Of a DNA stretch of 32,000 nt, positions 31,738-32,000 are shown in pieces. The position numbers were made by a program, and so were the translations under genes. Source of the stretch: Haloferax volcanii DS2 (lineage in GTDB: Archaea; Halobacteriota; Halobacteria; Halobacteriales; Haloferacaceae). Each line of letters starts with the position of its first letter. Positions within the stretch are counted from its first letter, which is position 1. The stretch lies in contig NC_013967.1 of NCBI RefSeq assembly GCF_000025685.1, positions 2,700,001 through 2,732,000 on the forward strand, given 5' to 3'. Under the pieces are notes generated by a model. The model made no database searches. It was not told where the DNA came from and saw only the letters and a list, made by a program, of their open reading frames with translations.

Positions 31738-32000
31738 TCAGTCGTCCGCGCCGACGTTCTCGCCGCTTTCGAACGTCGGCGGCTCGGGCTCGATGTTGGC
31801 GTAGACGACCGCGTCGCGGCCGAGTCGCTCGACCCGCTCGCGCAGGTCCTCGCTCGCGAGGTCGTCGCCGTCGAACGACGAGGAGACGCGAGGGATGGCG
31901 ACCTGATGGGGGAGCACCCACGAGTTCAGCGACCGGCAGACCGACCGGAGGTGTTCGAGGGCGGTCACGGGAAACGACCCGCCGGCGACGGCGAGTAGGC
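31738..32000 (-). CDS. C-terminal part of an NAD(P)H-dependent FMN reductase-like (flavodoxin-fold) protein; continues beyond the right edge
   Basis: The frame stays open upstream of the track's GTG at 31968 through to position 32000 (..LLAVAGGSFPVTALEHLRSVCRSLNSWVLPHQVAIPRVSSSFDGDD..). The pattern G-x-ALxHLRxVxxxLxxxVLPxQVxIP...FD resembles NADPH-dependent FMN reductases. The assignment is from memory. Confidence 0.5.
   Translation of the reverse strand, partial: LLAVAGGSFPVTALEHLRSVCRSLNSWVLPHQVAIPRVSSSFDGDDLASEDLRERVERLGRDAVVYANIEPEPPTFESGENVGADD

Overview
This looks like a high-GC haloarchaeal (Halobacteria) main-chromosome segment. Hand counts on sample 60-nt lines give about 67% GC in core genes, and the predicted proteins are strongly acidic. 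From memory, the gene order resembles Haloferax-type chromosomes: TbsP-like, glyA, folD ... fen1 ... pelota ... NFACT ... elp3, recJ-like, tdk. I could not verify that here. I call about 34 protein genes, most of them housekeeping: one-carbon metabolism (glyA, folD), DNA metabolism (fen1, RecJ-like DHH nuclease, tdk), translation quality control (pelota, NFACT/Rqc2-like), tRNA modification (elp3), transporters (AI-2E, MFS, DAACS, MscS, VIT-like) and several small or unknown proteins. I found no rRNA, tRNA, CRISPR array, IS element or recognisable defence system. Many starts sit 23-25 nt downstream of a TTTWGA/TTTTAG-type TATA-like hexamer. That spacing fits leaderless haloarchaeal transcripts, and I used it to refine starts against the ORF track. 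The long Arg/Gly/Val-rich ORFs in the track are antisense or off-frame artefacts of high GC. Five things seem most worth a second look. (1) A co-directional pelota - DUF4013 x2 - NFACT cluster. (2) An ~850-bp low-GC island (about 38-47% GC on sampled lines) holding one of the two DUF4013 paralogs. (3) A 637-bp non-coding stretch (5177-5813), which together with the small ORF before it (5030-5176) forms a lower-GC island, with a perfect 3x14-bp tandem repeat and a candidate ~220-nt structured RNA bounded by a TATA-like box and a hairpin plus T-run. (4) An identical 11-mer in the promoter position of the recJ-like and tdk genes. (5) Several structured intergenic regions. I cannot show that any of these is a new system. 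All functional links are inference.
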